Made by a program: the position numbers and the translations under genes | Shown: positions 1 through 13,490 of the stretch, in pieces | Numbering within the stretch: the stretch's first letter is position 1 | Layout of the letters: each line of letters opens with the position of its first letter | Source: the human T2T-CHM13v2.0 reference genome, Homo sapiens | Length of the DNA stretch: 64,000 nt | Strand: one strand, 5' to 3' | Assembly (NCBI RefSeq): GCF_009914755.1 | Contig: NC_060940.1 | Notes under the pieces: model-generated | Databases searched by the model: none | What the model saw: only the letters and a program-made list of their open reading frames with translations | What the model was told of the DNA's origin: nothing

Positions 1-1139
1 GTCATGGGATGGAGCTATAAAGCACAGCAGCTGACCATTCCTTCTAGAACCTTCTAAATCCTAAAAGATGGACAGAGGCCACTGGGAACTCGCTATTTCC
101 CTTTTGGGTTAATCAGAACTTGTACGTTATTATAGCCATAACATTCACAAGTTAGATAAACTTCTGAGAATAAGCCCCAGGGCGTGGAAGGGATTAAGGA
201 AGAGTCCGATTTCCTCATCAGTTGCAGCTGGTAGACGGTGGTACCAGGACTTCTGTTGAGTGACTTTGGGGCAGCCGCCCTACAGGCTCAACTCCCAGAA
301 GCTACCTGGCCCGATCACCTGGAATAGGGAGTCCCCCTGTCACGGGAAAGGATGAGAAGTGGGTACCCAGGGAAGGAGTGGTGGGGGGAAGAGGACATCT
401 TTGTTCAGGCTGTGTTTGTTCTACATAGTGTGTATATGTTTCTGACAATGAAATGTGTTCTTGGAAATGTCCCCTTCATTTATAGATGTATCACTGCAGA
501 GTATGTGTGAGAAAAAGAAAGAGACATGTCAGAATCCCACAGACAACAGCTTAGCCCTGCCTTCCATTATATATACAAAGTGTTGTGTACGTTAGTGATA
601 CATTTGCAGAAGGGGTGGGAATGTGGCTTTGTCCGTATTTCCAAATGTAAAACAGGTCTCCCATCCCCTCTGTTTGGTTGTGGCTGTTTCCTTACAGAAT
701 GAAAATACTGGCATTGGAGGCACTGTTGCCAGAAACTTGCTTGGCAAAACATTTACATTCCTTTGTACATATATATAAACAAAATCACTTCTTCCAATGG
801 ATACTTTTTCACGTCCTCCCTGATTTCTGTGGTAATAATGACCACATTTGGCTCCAAACCTGGGGATGTGGTAGAGAAAGCCACCTCTCAATTCCAGATC
901 CTCAAATCTCGTGGAAGATTAACATGGACGTCAAACTGACGTTACCAATTTAAGGGATTTAAACACTCAGCTCTAGAGTAAACAAAATCCAGTGGCAAGG
1001 TTTTGGACAACTTCAGCGACGTTTGACAACACAACCCAGATGTTGGGGAGTGCAAACCTTGTAAACGTAGGCTTTCCACTGTGTTCTGTACAAGCAAGAT
1101 GTTGAGTGAGACAGACCGGCTAATGAAGGAAAGAAGTAC

Positions 1140-1340
1140 TGATAATTATTGAGTGACTTTTATGGGGCAGATAGTATGCTAAGTGCGCCATAGACACTGT
1201 CTCACTCACCATTTGCAATGAGGTAGCTATTATTTATTGATATGGACATGAGGCTCAGAAATCTGCAATTTGCCTCACTTGGCAAGTGACAACATCAGTA
1301 TTTGACTCATGTGAGTGTGACTTTAAAACCTTTGCTATTT
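1140..1340. mobile_element. MIR fragment
   Basis: ttattgagtgactt...tgaggctcagaa...tttgactc, degenerate MIR core. Confidence 0.55.
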
Positions 1341-1565
1341 CCAGAAGTCAACACTGACTGTATGTAACATTCCTTTGCTTAAAACCTCCCAGTTTCTCTC
1401 ATTGCCACTAGATCAGTGACTGTCTCAGCTCAGCCTTTGATGCCTTGGTGGTGGCCCCTGCTGCCCCACAGAACTAAAAGCTATTTACGTAAGGCTGGGG
1501 CTCTCTTAAAAATGTGGTTCCCTCAGTCTTCCCACCTTTGCTAGCATTTACTATATGCCATATGA

Positions 1566-1694
1566 TTTTTTTTTTGAGATGGGGTCTCGCTATGTTGCCC
1601 AGGCTGGACTTGAACTGCTGAGCTCAAGCCATCCTCCCACCTGCCTCAGCCTCTCAAATAGCTGGGATCATAGGTGCGCCCCTCCGTGCCCAGC
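1566..1694 (-). mobile_element. Alu monomer (FLAM-like)
   Basis: Poly-T, then gagatggggtctcgctatgttgcccaggctgg...gtgcccagc; single arm. Confidence 0.85.
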
Positions 1695-1856
1695 TTTGGC
1701 TATGTGATTTCTTCATTCACAAGTCTGCCTGGGACTCCTTGTCCATAAGGGTGTTGATACTTTTTGAATCTAATGATACTATGTGCTTAGTGGTTAATAC
1801 CTGCTTCTTGCTGAGTGAATGAATGAGAATTAACATATATATATATAGATAGATAA

Positions 1857-2155
1857 TTTTTTTTTTTTTCTGGAGACAGGGTCTCACTCTGTCACCCAGG
1901 CTGGAGTCCAGAGGCGTGATCACAGATCACTGAAGTCTCGACCTCCTGAGCTCAAGTAATCCTCCCACCTCAGTCTTCCAAGTACCTGGGACTAAAGGCA
2001 TGCACCACTACTCCTGGCTAATTTTTTGTACTTTTTCTAGGGACAGCGTTTCACTATGTTGTCCAGGCTTGTTTCAAACTCCTGGGCTCAAGCCATCAGC
2101 CTGCCTCAACCTCCTAAAGTGCTGACATTACAGGCATGAGCCACTGTGCCCAGCC
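1857..2155 (-). mobile_element. Alu (AluJ-like)
   Basis: Poly-T and both arms, ending ccactgtgcccagcc. Confidence 0.92.
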
Positions 2156-2307
2156 AGGAAATGTTTCAAATACTTGAGGTAATAAATATTTTTAAATTTT
2201 ATATAAGATTCTGTGTAAGTGCTATGAATGTTACAACTCATTGTGAATAATTTACTAAAGCAGAATTCCTAAAGATTCATATTACATAGTATCTAATGGT
2301 TTTATTT

Positions 2308-2529
2308 CAGTGGTTCTGAGCTGGGGTTATTTTGACACCCCTGCCCAGGGGACATCTGGCAACGTCTTGAGACATGTGGGTTATCACCACTGCAGGGAAG
2401 GCGGCGTCGCTGGCATTATCGGGTAGATGCCAGGGATTCTGCTAAGCATCCTACAATGCCCTAGAAACTCCCTCCAATGCCAGTCCTCCCAAACAAAGCG
2501 CATATTGCCAAGACGGAATAACCCTGCTT
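2308..2529 (+). mobile_element. MER20 (hAT-Charlie MITE)
   Basis: cagtggttct...ccaggggacatctggcaacgtcttgagaca...gctaagcatcctacaatgc...aaccctg. Confidence 0.8.
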
Positions 2530-2604
2530 TGTTTGATGTAATGACATGGCATATACTTGAAGGCAGTCAAACTACGGTTCATTTGTTTTTTTGTTTTATT
2601 TCAG

Positions 2605-3340
2605 ATTTTTGATGAACCAAGCTGGCTGGTGTCGCCTCAGTTTGTCTAAATTACCAAGGACCGCTGGAATTTCCCTGGGAATATGTTTCGGGAAAGGTCA
2701 GAAACTCTTCAGTCGTCTTCACGCTTCCACTCAGTAGCAACGTTTTTGCACACTCATTGACTATCAACTGGTTGTCTATGACTCAAATTACATAATGAAT
2801 CCAGCACATAAATTATTTACTCAGATTTAATGCCAGCAACTGTTATCTTTGTATTTTTTTCCCCTCTGCCAGCTAATCTGGCTCATTTCATTGGAATTTT
2901 GGTCATGCCCATTCTCCTTCGGCACTAAATTAACTCCATAACGTAGTATAAACAGAACAAGCTTGTGTGTGATATGCTTAACTGTTAATTTACCTAATTA
3001 AACTAATTCAATTAAATCATTTACATCTTTTTGGTAACATGCTAGTTGATACCACAGCAGAAGTGGGATGTTTCAGAAGATGATTGTTCAGCAAATGAAT
3101 GGAAAAAAAATAAAAGGAAAACAAAATGAGACAACCGTCCAAATCTCTTGGCTTGAAAATTAAATGATACTGAAAAAATGCAGCTTTCACGGGGCACTGT
3201 GATTAGATATTTTTCTGAAATCAATTTTCTCTACAAATTGGTATTTTAACAGAGTGATCACAATCTATTGTACAAAATATTTTAAACACTATTTGTACAT
3301 TCACATATTTGGTATGTTTAAGTAAAGTGTGCTTGTTCCC
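2605..3340 (+). ncRNA. LINC01568: Probable terminal exon of a plus-strand lncRNA (likely LINC01568)
   Basis: Acceptor TTTGTTTTTTTGTTTTATTTCAG ends at 2604, followed by unique sequence with no long ORF. AATAAA at 3109 and variant AGTAAA at 3321 are followed by a GU-rich tract (about 3348-3373). Gene name inferred from recalled map position. Confidence 0.5.
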
Positions 3341-4774
3341 ACATTAAGGTGTGATTTGTGAAATGTTTTGTGATGCTAACAAGACGTGAACTGAGCAGAT
3401 TCTTTTGAATGAATTTGCAAAATAATTTTGCTAAATTACATAAATATCTTTAGGATACATCCGTATTTCATTTATAGTCATCGTCTAAACATCCATACCA
3501 TAGTGATAAATGTACAAAATGTACAACATTTTATGCCAGTAAAAATCAACAGAAAAAAAAGACAAGAAATTCTAGGCAGGAGAACCTAAACTGTCATCTT
3601 TGTGGAGCTCCATAAACCTCCTGTTTCATTTGACTGATACAGAATCTGCACTTGTGGCAGAACCTAGGTTTGTTGATGGATGGGCCACCCTAGTTTCATC
3701 TCTCCAGGGCTTCTGTCTGGGTGGGGGATGGGTTTGTTGGTCAGGATTTGGTTTTCTCTTCAGGAGCACACATGCCCAGGACAAAACTTGAGGCAAAGCC
3801 CTGCCTTGACTTATAATGAGGGAATAAAGCCCTAGATTGCATAGAACTTCAGAAAAGCCTACATGAAACCCACCTAGATTCCTCCATCTGAGCAAAGGCC
3901 TACAAGATTCCAGGACAAATCACAACATACAATAAGACCTGGCACCTGCTTGGAGCTTCCTCATGCAAAAGGTACATTTCCTCTACCACGCTTCCGGGGC
4001 AAACAGGCAGCACAGGTTATCTTCTGGATGTTCTTGCTTTCTACCTATTTCTACTTTAAATCCAAGCATCTTTTTCTTTTCTTCTCCCATTTAAGAAGCC
4101 CAAGAAGATAATTCATGGAAATAAAACAGGATGTTTTCAGAAGATTTTTTTTTTTTTCTATTTGGGAGGCCACCTCTGCAGATACTTTCCTCTGCTCAAC
4201 CCTTGAATGGGGTCATCTGTCTTTACAAATCAATGGCTCCAGCATATCCTAAACATCCTGACAACAGAGCTTTGGAGGTTGGCAATAAAATGTCTGAAAC
4301 TAATCTTCCTCCCACCACTCATGCTAAACTTATTCTTTTTTAGTAATACCAATTCCCTGAAGTCAGGGGCCACCCTGTCTATCCATTTCACAGCCCAAGC
4401 ACAGTGACTGGCACACAGAAAATGCATAAATTATTGATTTCATAGTTAACAAAGAATAAAGAGACTTTTCCCCAAATCAAAGTCATTTTTCTCCCCAAAG
4501 CAACTTTCCCTTCCAACTTCCCAGAGGTCAGTGGCCTCATGACTTCTTAGCACCCAGACTTAGGTCTAGATTTACTGCCCAAAGGGTCAAATTTCCAAAG
4601 GCATTCACATTTCCTCTCAAATACTCATGTGCCTCCTTCCTCTGCCTCTTTGCTCTATTCCTTCCTCTTAATAATTGCAGTCATCCTCCCAACTCCCTCT
4701 ACCACCTATGTCATTCCCAATCTCCATTGAATACTATGGATTTGAAGGAAACTGTGAAACAGACAATCCTCCTG

Positions 4775-5150
4775 GGTTAGTTTGCTTGGGCTTCCATAAC
4801 AAAATAGCTCAGGCTGTAGAAATTCATTTTCTCTGTGAGAAAGAAGGCTACAGGTTCTGGGAGGGTAGACATCTGAGATCAAGGTGTTGGCAGGGTTGGT
4901 TTTTCCTGGGGCCTCTCTCCTTGGCTGTCTTCTCATTGTGTCTTCAAATGGTCTTCCCTCTGAGTCCTAATCTCCCCTTCTTTCTTATAAGAATCCCAGT
5001 CAAATTGGATCAGGCCTTACCATTCTAACTTAATTACCTCTTCAAAGACTCCATCCCCAAATCCAGTCCCATTCTGAGATACTGAGGGTTAGGACTTCAA
5101 CATATGATTTTTTGCAGGGGCTGGGGAGGGACAAAATTCATCCTATAACA
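4775..5150 (-). mobile_element. MLT1 (MaLR) solo LTR
   Basis: tctgagatcaaggtgttggcagggttgg...ggacttcaacatatga...aattcatcctataaca. Confidence 0.8.
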
Positions 5151-5525
5151 CCACCCTTTGTTATTCAAGAGCTGTTAGGGAAAAAAAAAATCAGAATTCC
5201 TTCAATTTTGCTGAGCATTGGACAGACACAGTTTTATAGCTAGACGACTAACATTTCCTCTTTTGCTCTCAGAGAGTGTTGGAGTCTTGGCTGCAGCTGA
5301 CAAAGGTAACTGTTGCCTCAACTCCCAGTTCCCCTTCATCCTTTTTTGACTTGCCCTAGGGTCTTATCCTCCACATTCCACCACACTGGGTGCTGGTGAG
5401 ACCGGGCAGACTGTGATCTCATGCATTTGTCACTGATGCGTTTAGGTCTGGTCATTTGTCCCAATGGAAGGAAAGCCTGCTGAAGGATTCTGGGGAAAAG
5501 TTTGCTGTTAAGAGGTTTAGAAATT

Positions 5526-5824
<299 letters not shown>

Positions 5825-6437
5825 TCAGAGAGATCTAGAAATTGATGCTTCCTTTGTATCTCTGGACAATATTGGGTCTCTGTGAGATGTTAATTTCTGT
5901 GCCAATATTACCATTCAAAGGGGACCTGAAAGAAGGGCCAGCTAACACATCAAGGAGAGCACTATCCGGAAGAAATGGAAAAATTTCTTGGTGACATCAA
6001 TGAGCCACTGAATCCACCCATCTGAGAGCCCACCCTACCACTACATTTGTTGTTTGGTGAGACAAAACTGTTTCATATTATTTAAGCCACTTTGAAACAG
6101 ATTCTTACTACTTTCACCCCGAAAGCATACTGACCAATAGAAAGGCTTCAGACCACTTACTAGTAGTCTCTCACTAGTCATGCTTCCTGACTCATTTGTA
6201 AAACAGAGGTAATGATACTTACTCTGTGGCATCACTGTGTAACTTGAGTGAAATCTGTCATGCAAGGTGCCCAACTCAGTGCCTCATAAGGAGAAAGTGT
6301 CTGAAACACAGAGGCCATTTCTAGCTTTTGCTCTTCCAGGGGCTTCTGGTAGCTTGAACATGGCTCACCTTGCACCTTCTGCATATGTACTCACAAGCAG
6401 AGCAACTCAACAATCTGGGCTACTGATGGTTTTGTTC

Positions 6438-6746
<309 letters not shown>

Positions 6747-7309
6747 CTAGTATGAACTACTGACTTAAAAGTAATCACCATCTTTCACCATCTTTTTTTG
6801 TTTGTTTGTTTAAAGCAAAAGAGTTCGTTATTCTATAGAAATCTCCCTTTCCTGAAATTGTTCACTGGGCTGGACTTTCTTATCTGGAGCTTTCTAAAGC
6901 AGGACATGCCCATGAGGGGGTCTGATAACTGGGCCAAAGACCACCAGCGGGAGTGCGTCTTGCCTGTCCCCACCCTCTCTTCTTCTGTGTTTCTGTCACT
7001 GCCCTTTTCCTGCCCTCTCTGCCCTGACCAGTGCATAGCACCTAATATAGTGCTTTCCAATGGAATGATCAGCAAGTACTTCTTGAGCAAATGCTTGGCT
7101 GCAGGAAGCACTGTAGCAGGAGGGTGGAGAGGGAGAAGCTGGGGAAGTATATTCCTGGCAAGTACTTTGTAGACATCTATCTCTTTGGTTATCTCTCTCC
7201 CCAGTCTTGTGCCTTGGGATGCGTGCTGATGCTGGGGCCACTTGCAGGTACCCAGACAGCTCGGCCCTTACAGAATGATTATAGAAATACATACATAGGT
7301 ACCTTACAC

Positions 7310-7520
7310 ACCTAGCAATTTATGAATTGCTTAATCTATGCCAAGCATAATACCCCAAGTTTTATAATCTCATATAATCGTCACAATTCTAAGGGCATGA
7401 AACCTATTTTATAGATGAAAATACTAAGGATCCAAGCGCTAAAGTGATTTGTCCAAGGCCTTATGGCTGGTATGTAGAAAAAGCCAAAAGTGAAACCAGA
7501 GCCTAGGTGTTTATAGCCAG
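7310..7520. mobile_element. MIR fragment
   Basis: cctattttatagatgaaaatactaagg...aagtgatttgtccaaggcc, MIR core. Confidence 0.65.
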
Positions 7521-9599
7521 GAGTTAATGGGTTTGATGGCTGTTCTATAGTCAGGGCATTGCAGGAAGACTCAAGGGTATGGCAGATGGGTCGAGCTGAT
7601 GGACCCCTCTCGTGTGTGATGGAACAAAAGAAGCTCTAGGGGAGGAGGCATAATCATCTGGCTGTGGGCAGATCATAGAGATCCTGGCACTGTTTATCCA
7701 TCTGAAAAATTAGCACACAGATATCAGCTATATCCTTCTCTTCAGATCATTGCGAAAATCAGATGGGTCTAATCTATCAAACCACTACCAGATTAAGGGA
7801 CCATATCTTGTTCACTCTTGGAACACAGTAAGTGTTCAATAAATGAGAAACCCGTGAAAGAAAAATAAAGCCTACTTCCTTACCATTAAAAAAAAAATGC
7901 TTCTGCTTCTCCTCTGTCAACGGTGATCCTCTTTTTTTCACTTTTTCTTCCTTTTGTGTCCCCCTTCTTCCTTCCAGCCAACCCATAGCACTCACCCTTG
8001 GGCCCTGGCTGGCCACACCTCAGTGGGTACTAACTGGTGAGTCCCAGCTGGTGTGCACTGGGCCGCCCATGAGCCCTGGACAGCCTGGTTGTGATGGCCA
8101 GAGCTCACTGGTGACAAATGGGCTCTCTGTGCCTGTGACCTGGTGGGGCCAATTAATCACTGGGAGGTGCTCTTTCTGCATTATATATGGCCAAAAGCAC
8201 CCCTTGGAGTCAGGGAGGACAAAGCTTTAGGAGGTTTTGTTTGTTTGTTTGCAAACTAGAGAGACAAAAAGGAGGTGACAAGGGTAGGGGGAGGTTTGAG
8301 AGAGAAAAAAGTAAAGGTCAAAAACTAAAATGGAGCAAGAAAGGTGATAAATGGCCTGGGCTGGAGGGTGGCTATCCTGTTTGGCCTCAGGAAATCACAT
8401 TAATGGGGATCAGTACAGAACTGGTCAGAATTATGAAAACCATTCTCATAATGACAGAGTTTGAATGCAGTTCTGTAGCCAGAGTACCCAAGAATGTCTT
8501 CAAATTATAATCATAGGGTGTGTGTGTGCATGTGTGTGTGTGAGAGAGAGAGCCATTCATGCGTACGTGCACTGATGAAGAAATATGTGTATGTGGGAGG
8601 TTTGCAGGAAAAAAAAATATGACGGCTGCATGAGCTGCATATAAACCAACATGCTATTGAGAGATACTCATTACATCTGTTTTTAATCACAACATGTAAA
8701 TGTGGGGAAAGCAGTCACTGCATACTCAAAAGATACACCTTGAAGATTCTTTTTGCATCCTCAGAAAGTGCCAGAATCTGCTGTAAGCAAAATCTCAGTG
8801 CAATCCAAGTCAGTGCCTTTTCCTTCCCCGAGTTCTGCCCACATGCATAAAGATGTCAACGTGTTGATTATTCTGATTAGACTTTTAGTGTAATTTACGG
8901 GGTCCAGTCATTGTGCCTGGGTGTCTGGCCTGCACTTGCTACCCTGACGATGCCATTTTTAAAATGTCAGCTCAGCCATGATTCATGGCTGATGCTGGTG
9001 ACATTGCTGCTGACCTGAAAGAGTTAGGCAGCAATATTTAATTAAAGCAAAAAAAGAGGAGAAGAAGAACAAGCCAAAGGAAAGTAGAGGGCAAAACCTA
9101 AAAAGAACTAAATTTTGTTGCTGGAAAGATCAGCATCTCCAAACAAGGAAGAGGCACTACAAATGCAATATATTGTCACTTATTTGTGGCTCTGTGTCTA
9201 CCTATCATTTGTGAGTGGTAAGGTCATGTGTAATGAGTGAGACAGTTGTTTGCATCCCATTCACCATCATTCTGGGGCCCTCATTCCCTCTCTCTGTGGG
9301 GATTTGCTAGGAGGTGGAGCTATCACTGCCTCTGGCTTTTGTCCTCACTGTGTGTGTATCGGCAGCCTGCCTGCCACCCAGCTCGCTAACGGCAGCAGTA
9401 CCTGGGCACCAGCTACCTGCTCCCACCCAGATAGCCTCTTCCCAGCTTGCAAAAGGCCATGCTCATTTCCAAGCTTCTAGCTCCAGGATGCTGTGCAAGA
9501 CCTAGGGTGAAATGAGTCCTGTGCCCTGCACGTTGGTGGTACAAATCCAGCCCTACCAGCAGCAACAGTAGCCACTGACTAGCATTAAGATAGGTACTT

Positions 9600-9938
<339 letters not shown>

Positions 9939-11275
9939 TTAAGTGGGACACAAATTATCCCTTAGAACACACACACATGCATGCACACACGTAGACACAC
10001 ACATATTATTTGGGAGGTCTACTAAGCCGGGTCCCTTTGCCAGGAATGAAAGGACAGAATTTCTCATTAATGGGAAGGCCACAGTGAGCTGAGGTTTGAG
10101 AACCAGAACCAGCCTTTGTCCAGGCCTGCGGGAGCCAGGCTATTGTCTTCTAGGTTCCCCTTCCCCAGTGACCCCAGGGTCGGGGGCACACATGCCGGCC
10201 TTGAACTCTCCGTCTGTCTCTCCCACCATATTAATTACTACTCCCTTTGGTCAGGCTAAGAAAACAGCCTCAACTGCATTAGGACTAATTAAGAAGAGTG
10301 AGCTTCCCATTCTGGCAGCCTGCATCGGTCCATGCAATGCACGAGCCAGGAAGGGGCCCTGACAATCTTATTACCGCAGAAGAAAACACCTCCCCGCGCT
10401 CCCTCGAACCCCCGACAGTGAGTTCACCTCTTCCATTACAAATGCATTTGCCCCCAGCCACCAGCCACCAGCGAGGACAGCCTGGGTCAGCCAGGCATGC
10501 AGGGCCGAGGAATAGCCATGTTTCCTTAAACCAAGGGGAGTTAGCAGAGCAAATGCAGGGTCATGTCCATTTATAACTCCATCTGTTGCCTTCCTCCTCC
10601 CTCCCCACCATAAATAAATTAATAGACAGAGAGATAGAATAAATATGGATCACTACAAGTCATTATCCCTTAAACCTGCCACGCTCTCCATTGAAGCTCA
10701 CACATTTACAACCTGCTCAGGAGTTGAATCCAATCCTCTGGATTCCAGAGGGTCTGAGGCCCTTCTATAAGGATCTGAAGACAGTAATTATTGGAACTGT
10801 CTTCTCTATTGCGTTCTTCCCGTCAGCCTCACCATGTTAAATATCCAGTGAATACTGCAGGGGCCTCCAACAGACTCCAGCCACTGCTTGCTCCCATTCT
10901 TCCTTCACGAGGCCACCAAAGTCATATTCTAAAGGACATCCAGGTATGCCACTGGCCTGGTTTACACAACACCCTGTGGACCCCTCCATGTCTAGAGGAA
11001 AACCCTTAGCATGGTTTACAGGCTCTTTACACCTGGGGCAGGGCCCTCCTTCCTTTTTCATCTTTTGTCAATTTTTATAGGCCATATCTAGCAACTCTCC
11101 CAATCACCCTACTCTGGGGATAGCAGCACAGAAGTTCTATGGTTCAAGAGAGCAAAGTAGGTAAAGTAAGCTATAGGAGAGTGAAGCCGATAGAGTCCAG
11201 CCTTCCCCCATGCCCAAGGGGACAGCTGCTACTCACCTCCTATCAAATGTCATTTGGAAATAAAGACCTTCAGAT

Positions 11276-11574
<299 letters not shown>

Positions 11575-11844
11575 AAGACCTTCGGATTTTTTTAAGCCAA
11601 TTTTTAAAAATGTAAAATTGCCAGATTTTAAACGTTGAGAACTAATTAAAATTTGAAGATGGAACAAAATATGTCGACCCATAGGCCCCCGGTGGGAACT
11701 CTGCTCTCTAGTCTGGTTGTCCCTACCAGGCTGCTCACAGCTCCCTGGGAAAACCATCCTCGCTCCCCCACAGATGGCTTGGGGCTCTGCCTTCCCTGAC
11801 TTGTGTAATTGATGAGAGCCTTCTCTTCCACTCTTTTCTGTTGG

Positions 11845-12129
11845 TTCGAGACAGGGCCTTGCTCTGTTGCCCAGGCTGGAGCGCAGTAGTGTGATCTCTG
11901 CTCACTGCAGCCTTGACCTGCTGGGCTCAAGCGATCCTCCTGCCTCAGCCTCCCAAGTAGCTGGGATATAACATGCACCACCACACTTGGCTAATTAAAA
12001 AAATTTTTTTTTGTAGAGACAGGGTCTTGCTATGTTGCCCAGGCTGGTCTCCAACTCCTGGCCTCAAGTGATCCTCCCTCTTTGGCCTCTCAAAGCACTG
12101 GGATTACAGGCACGGGTCACCCTGCTGGC
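11845..12129 (-). mobile_element. Alu (AluJ-like)
   Basis: gagacagggccttgctctgttgcccaggctgg...gggattacaggcacg. Confidence 0.92.
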
Positions 12130-12175
12130 TCTCCTCCACTCAACTCATTACAACCTGCCATCCACTGCCTTGGCT

Positions 12176-12357
12176 TGAGGTTGCCAGGTACACTAGAATG
12201 CCCAGTGCCATTTGCATTTCAATTAACAATGAATCCATTTAATTAAAGAATGCCCTAAATATTGCATCAGACATACTTAAACTAAAAATGATGCAATATC
12301 TAAAATTTAAATGTATATGGGTGTCCTTTATTTCCTCCACTAAACCTGGCAAAGCTA
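12176..12357. mobile_element. MER53 (palindromic hAT MITE)
   Basis: Ends tgaggttgccag / ctggcaaagcta, with internal aatattgcat.agacatactt.aactaaaaa as in the MER53 consensus. Confidence 0.75.
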
Positions 12358-13199
12358 CCTCAGCTACACCACACCCACCTTACATTCTTTCTGGGCACTG
12401 TTCTAGGTGCTGAGGACACAGCAGGAAACAAAACAGATCAAAAGAAAATCCCTTTGCACATGGCGCTTCTGCGGGCAGAAGAGAGGGTTTCCTCTTCTAT
12501 TCCAACATCATTTTGGCTCAAGAGTTATAACAGGAGTAGGAACAAGAAGCATTGGGTTGGAGCCCTGGCTCTTCTGCCTGTCATTTGTGCTGCTGAGCCT
12601 GTGGGGGTATTAATGTCCCCATCACTGAAATGGGGCAACAGTGCCTTTGCTGCAGGTCATGAACAGGGGAGGTGACACATACACACTTAGGACAATGTCT
12701 GGCATGAAGTAAGTGGCCAGTGCATTGAACCAGGTGACACATGGCACTATTTCTTAATCGTTTCCATTTCTGTGACCCACTTAGCCCAAAAAGTCCCTCA
12801 AAGGAAGGGATGTTGCGCTAATTACCTTTGTGTTTCCAGTGCCCAGCACATTGTTGGGACATACTGGGGACAAAATGGGTCAGCTAGTGGGTCACAATTG
12901 TGCCTGCTCTAGAACATAAGGTGTGGATGTTCACTGTCTCCATAGAAGTAAAGAGAAATGGAAATTTGAAGCAAGTTTTGTGATAAAGAAGGACAAACAT
13001 CTAATTACAGAGAAAGAGTGGATTTCTTTTTAGCCTGAATTATGCAATTTGTCTATTAACCCTAAACGGCATTGACAGAAAATTCACCTTGCTTTTCCTT
13101 TATACATGCTAAGGTAGTCTGTTTCTAGGGATACTCTTAAAAATAAAGCACTCTAATTTTTATGGGAATCTGTTTTTTTGTATTTTTTTTTTTTATGTC

Positions 13200-13490
13200 A
13201 GCCAGGCACGGTGGCTCACGCCTGTAATCCCAGCATTTTGGGAGGCTGAGGCGGGCGGATCACCTGAGGTTGGGAGTTCAAGACCAGCACGATCAATATG
13301 GTAAAACCCCATCTCTACTAAAAATACAAAAATTAGCCGGGCTATGGTGGCATGCACCTGTGATCTCAGCTACTCAGTAGGCTGAGGCGGCAGAATCACT
13401 TGAACCCAGGAGGTGTACATTGCAGTGCGCCAAGATCACACCACTGCATTCCAGCCTGGGTGACAGAGGGAGACGCTGTCTCAAGAAAAA
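13200..13490 (+). mobile_element. Alu (AluS-like)
   Basis: Full dimer. Confidence 0.95.

Noticed and set aside
683-697. Possible plus-strand splice acceptor (CTGTTTCCTTACAG)
   Set aside because: No convincing paired donor could be identified from sequence alone.
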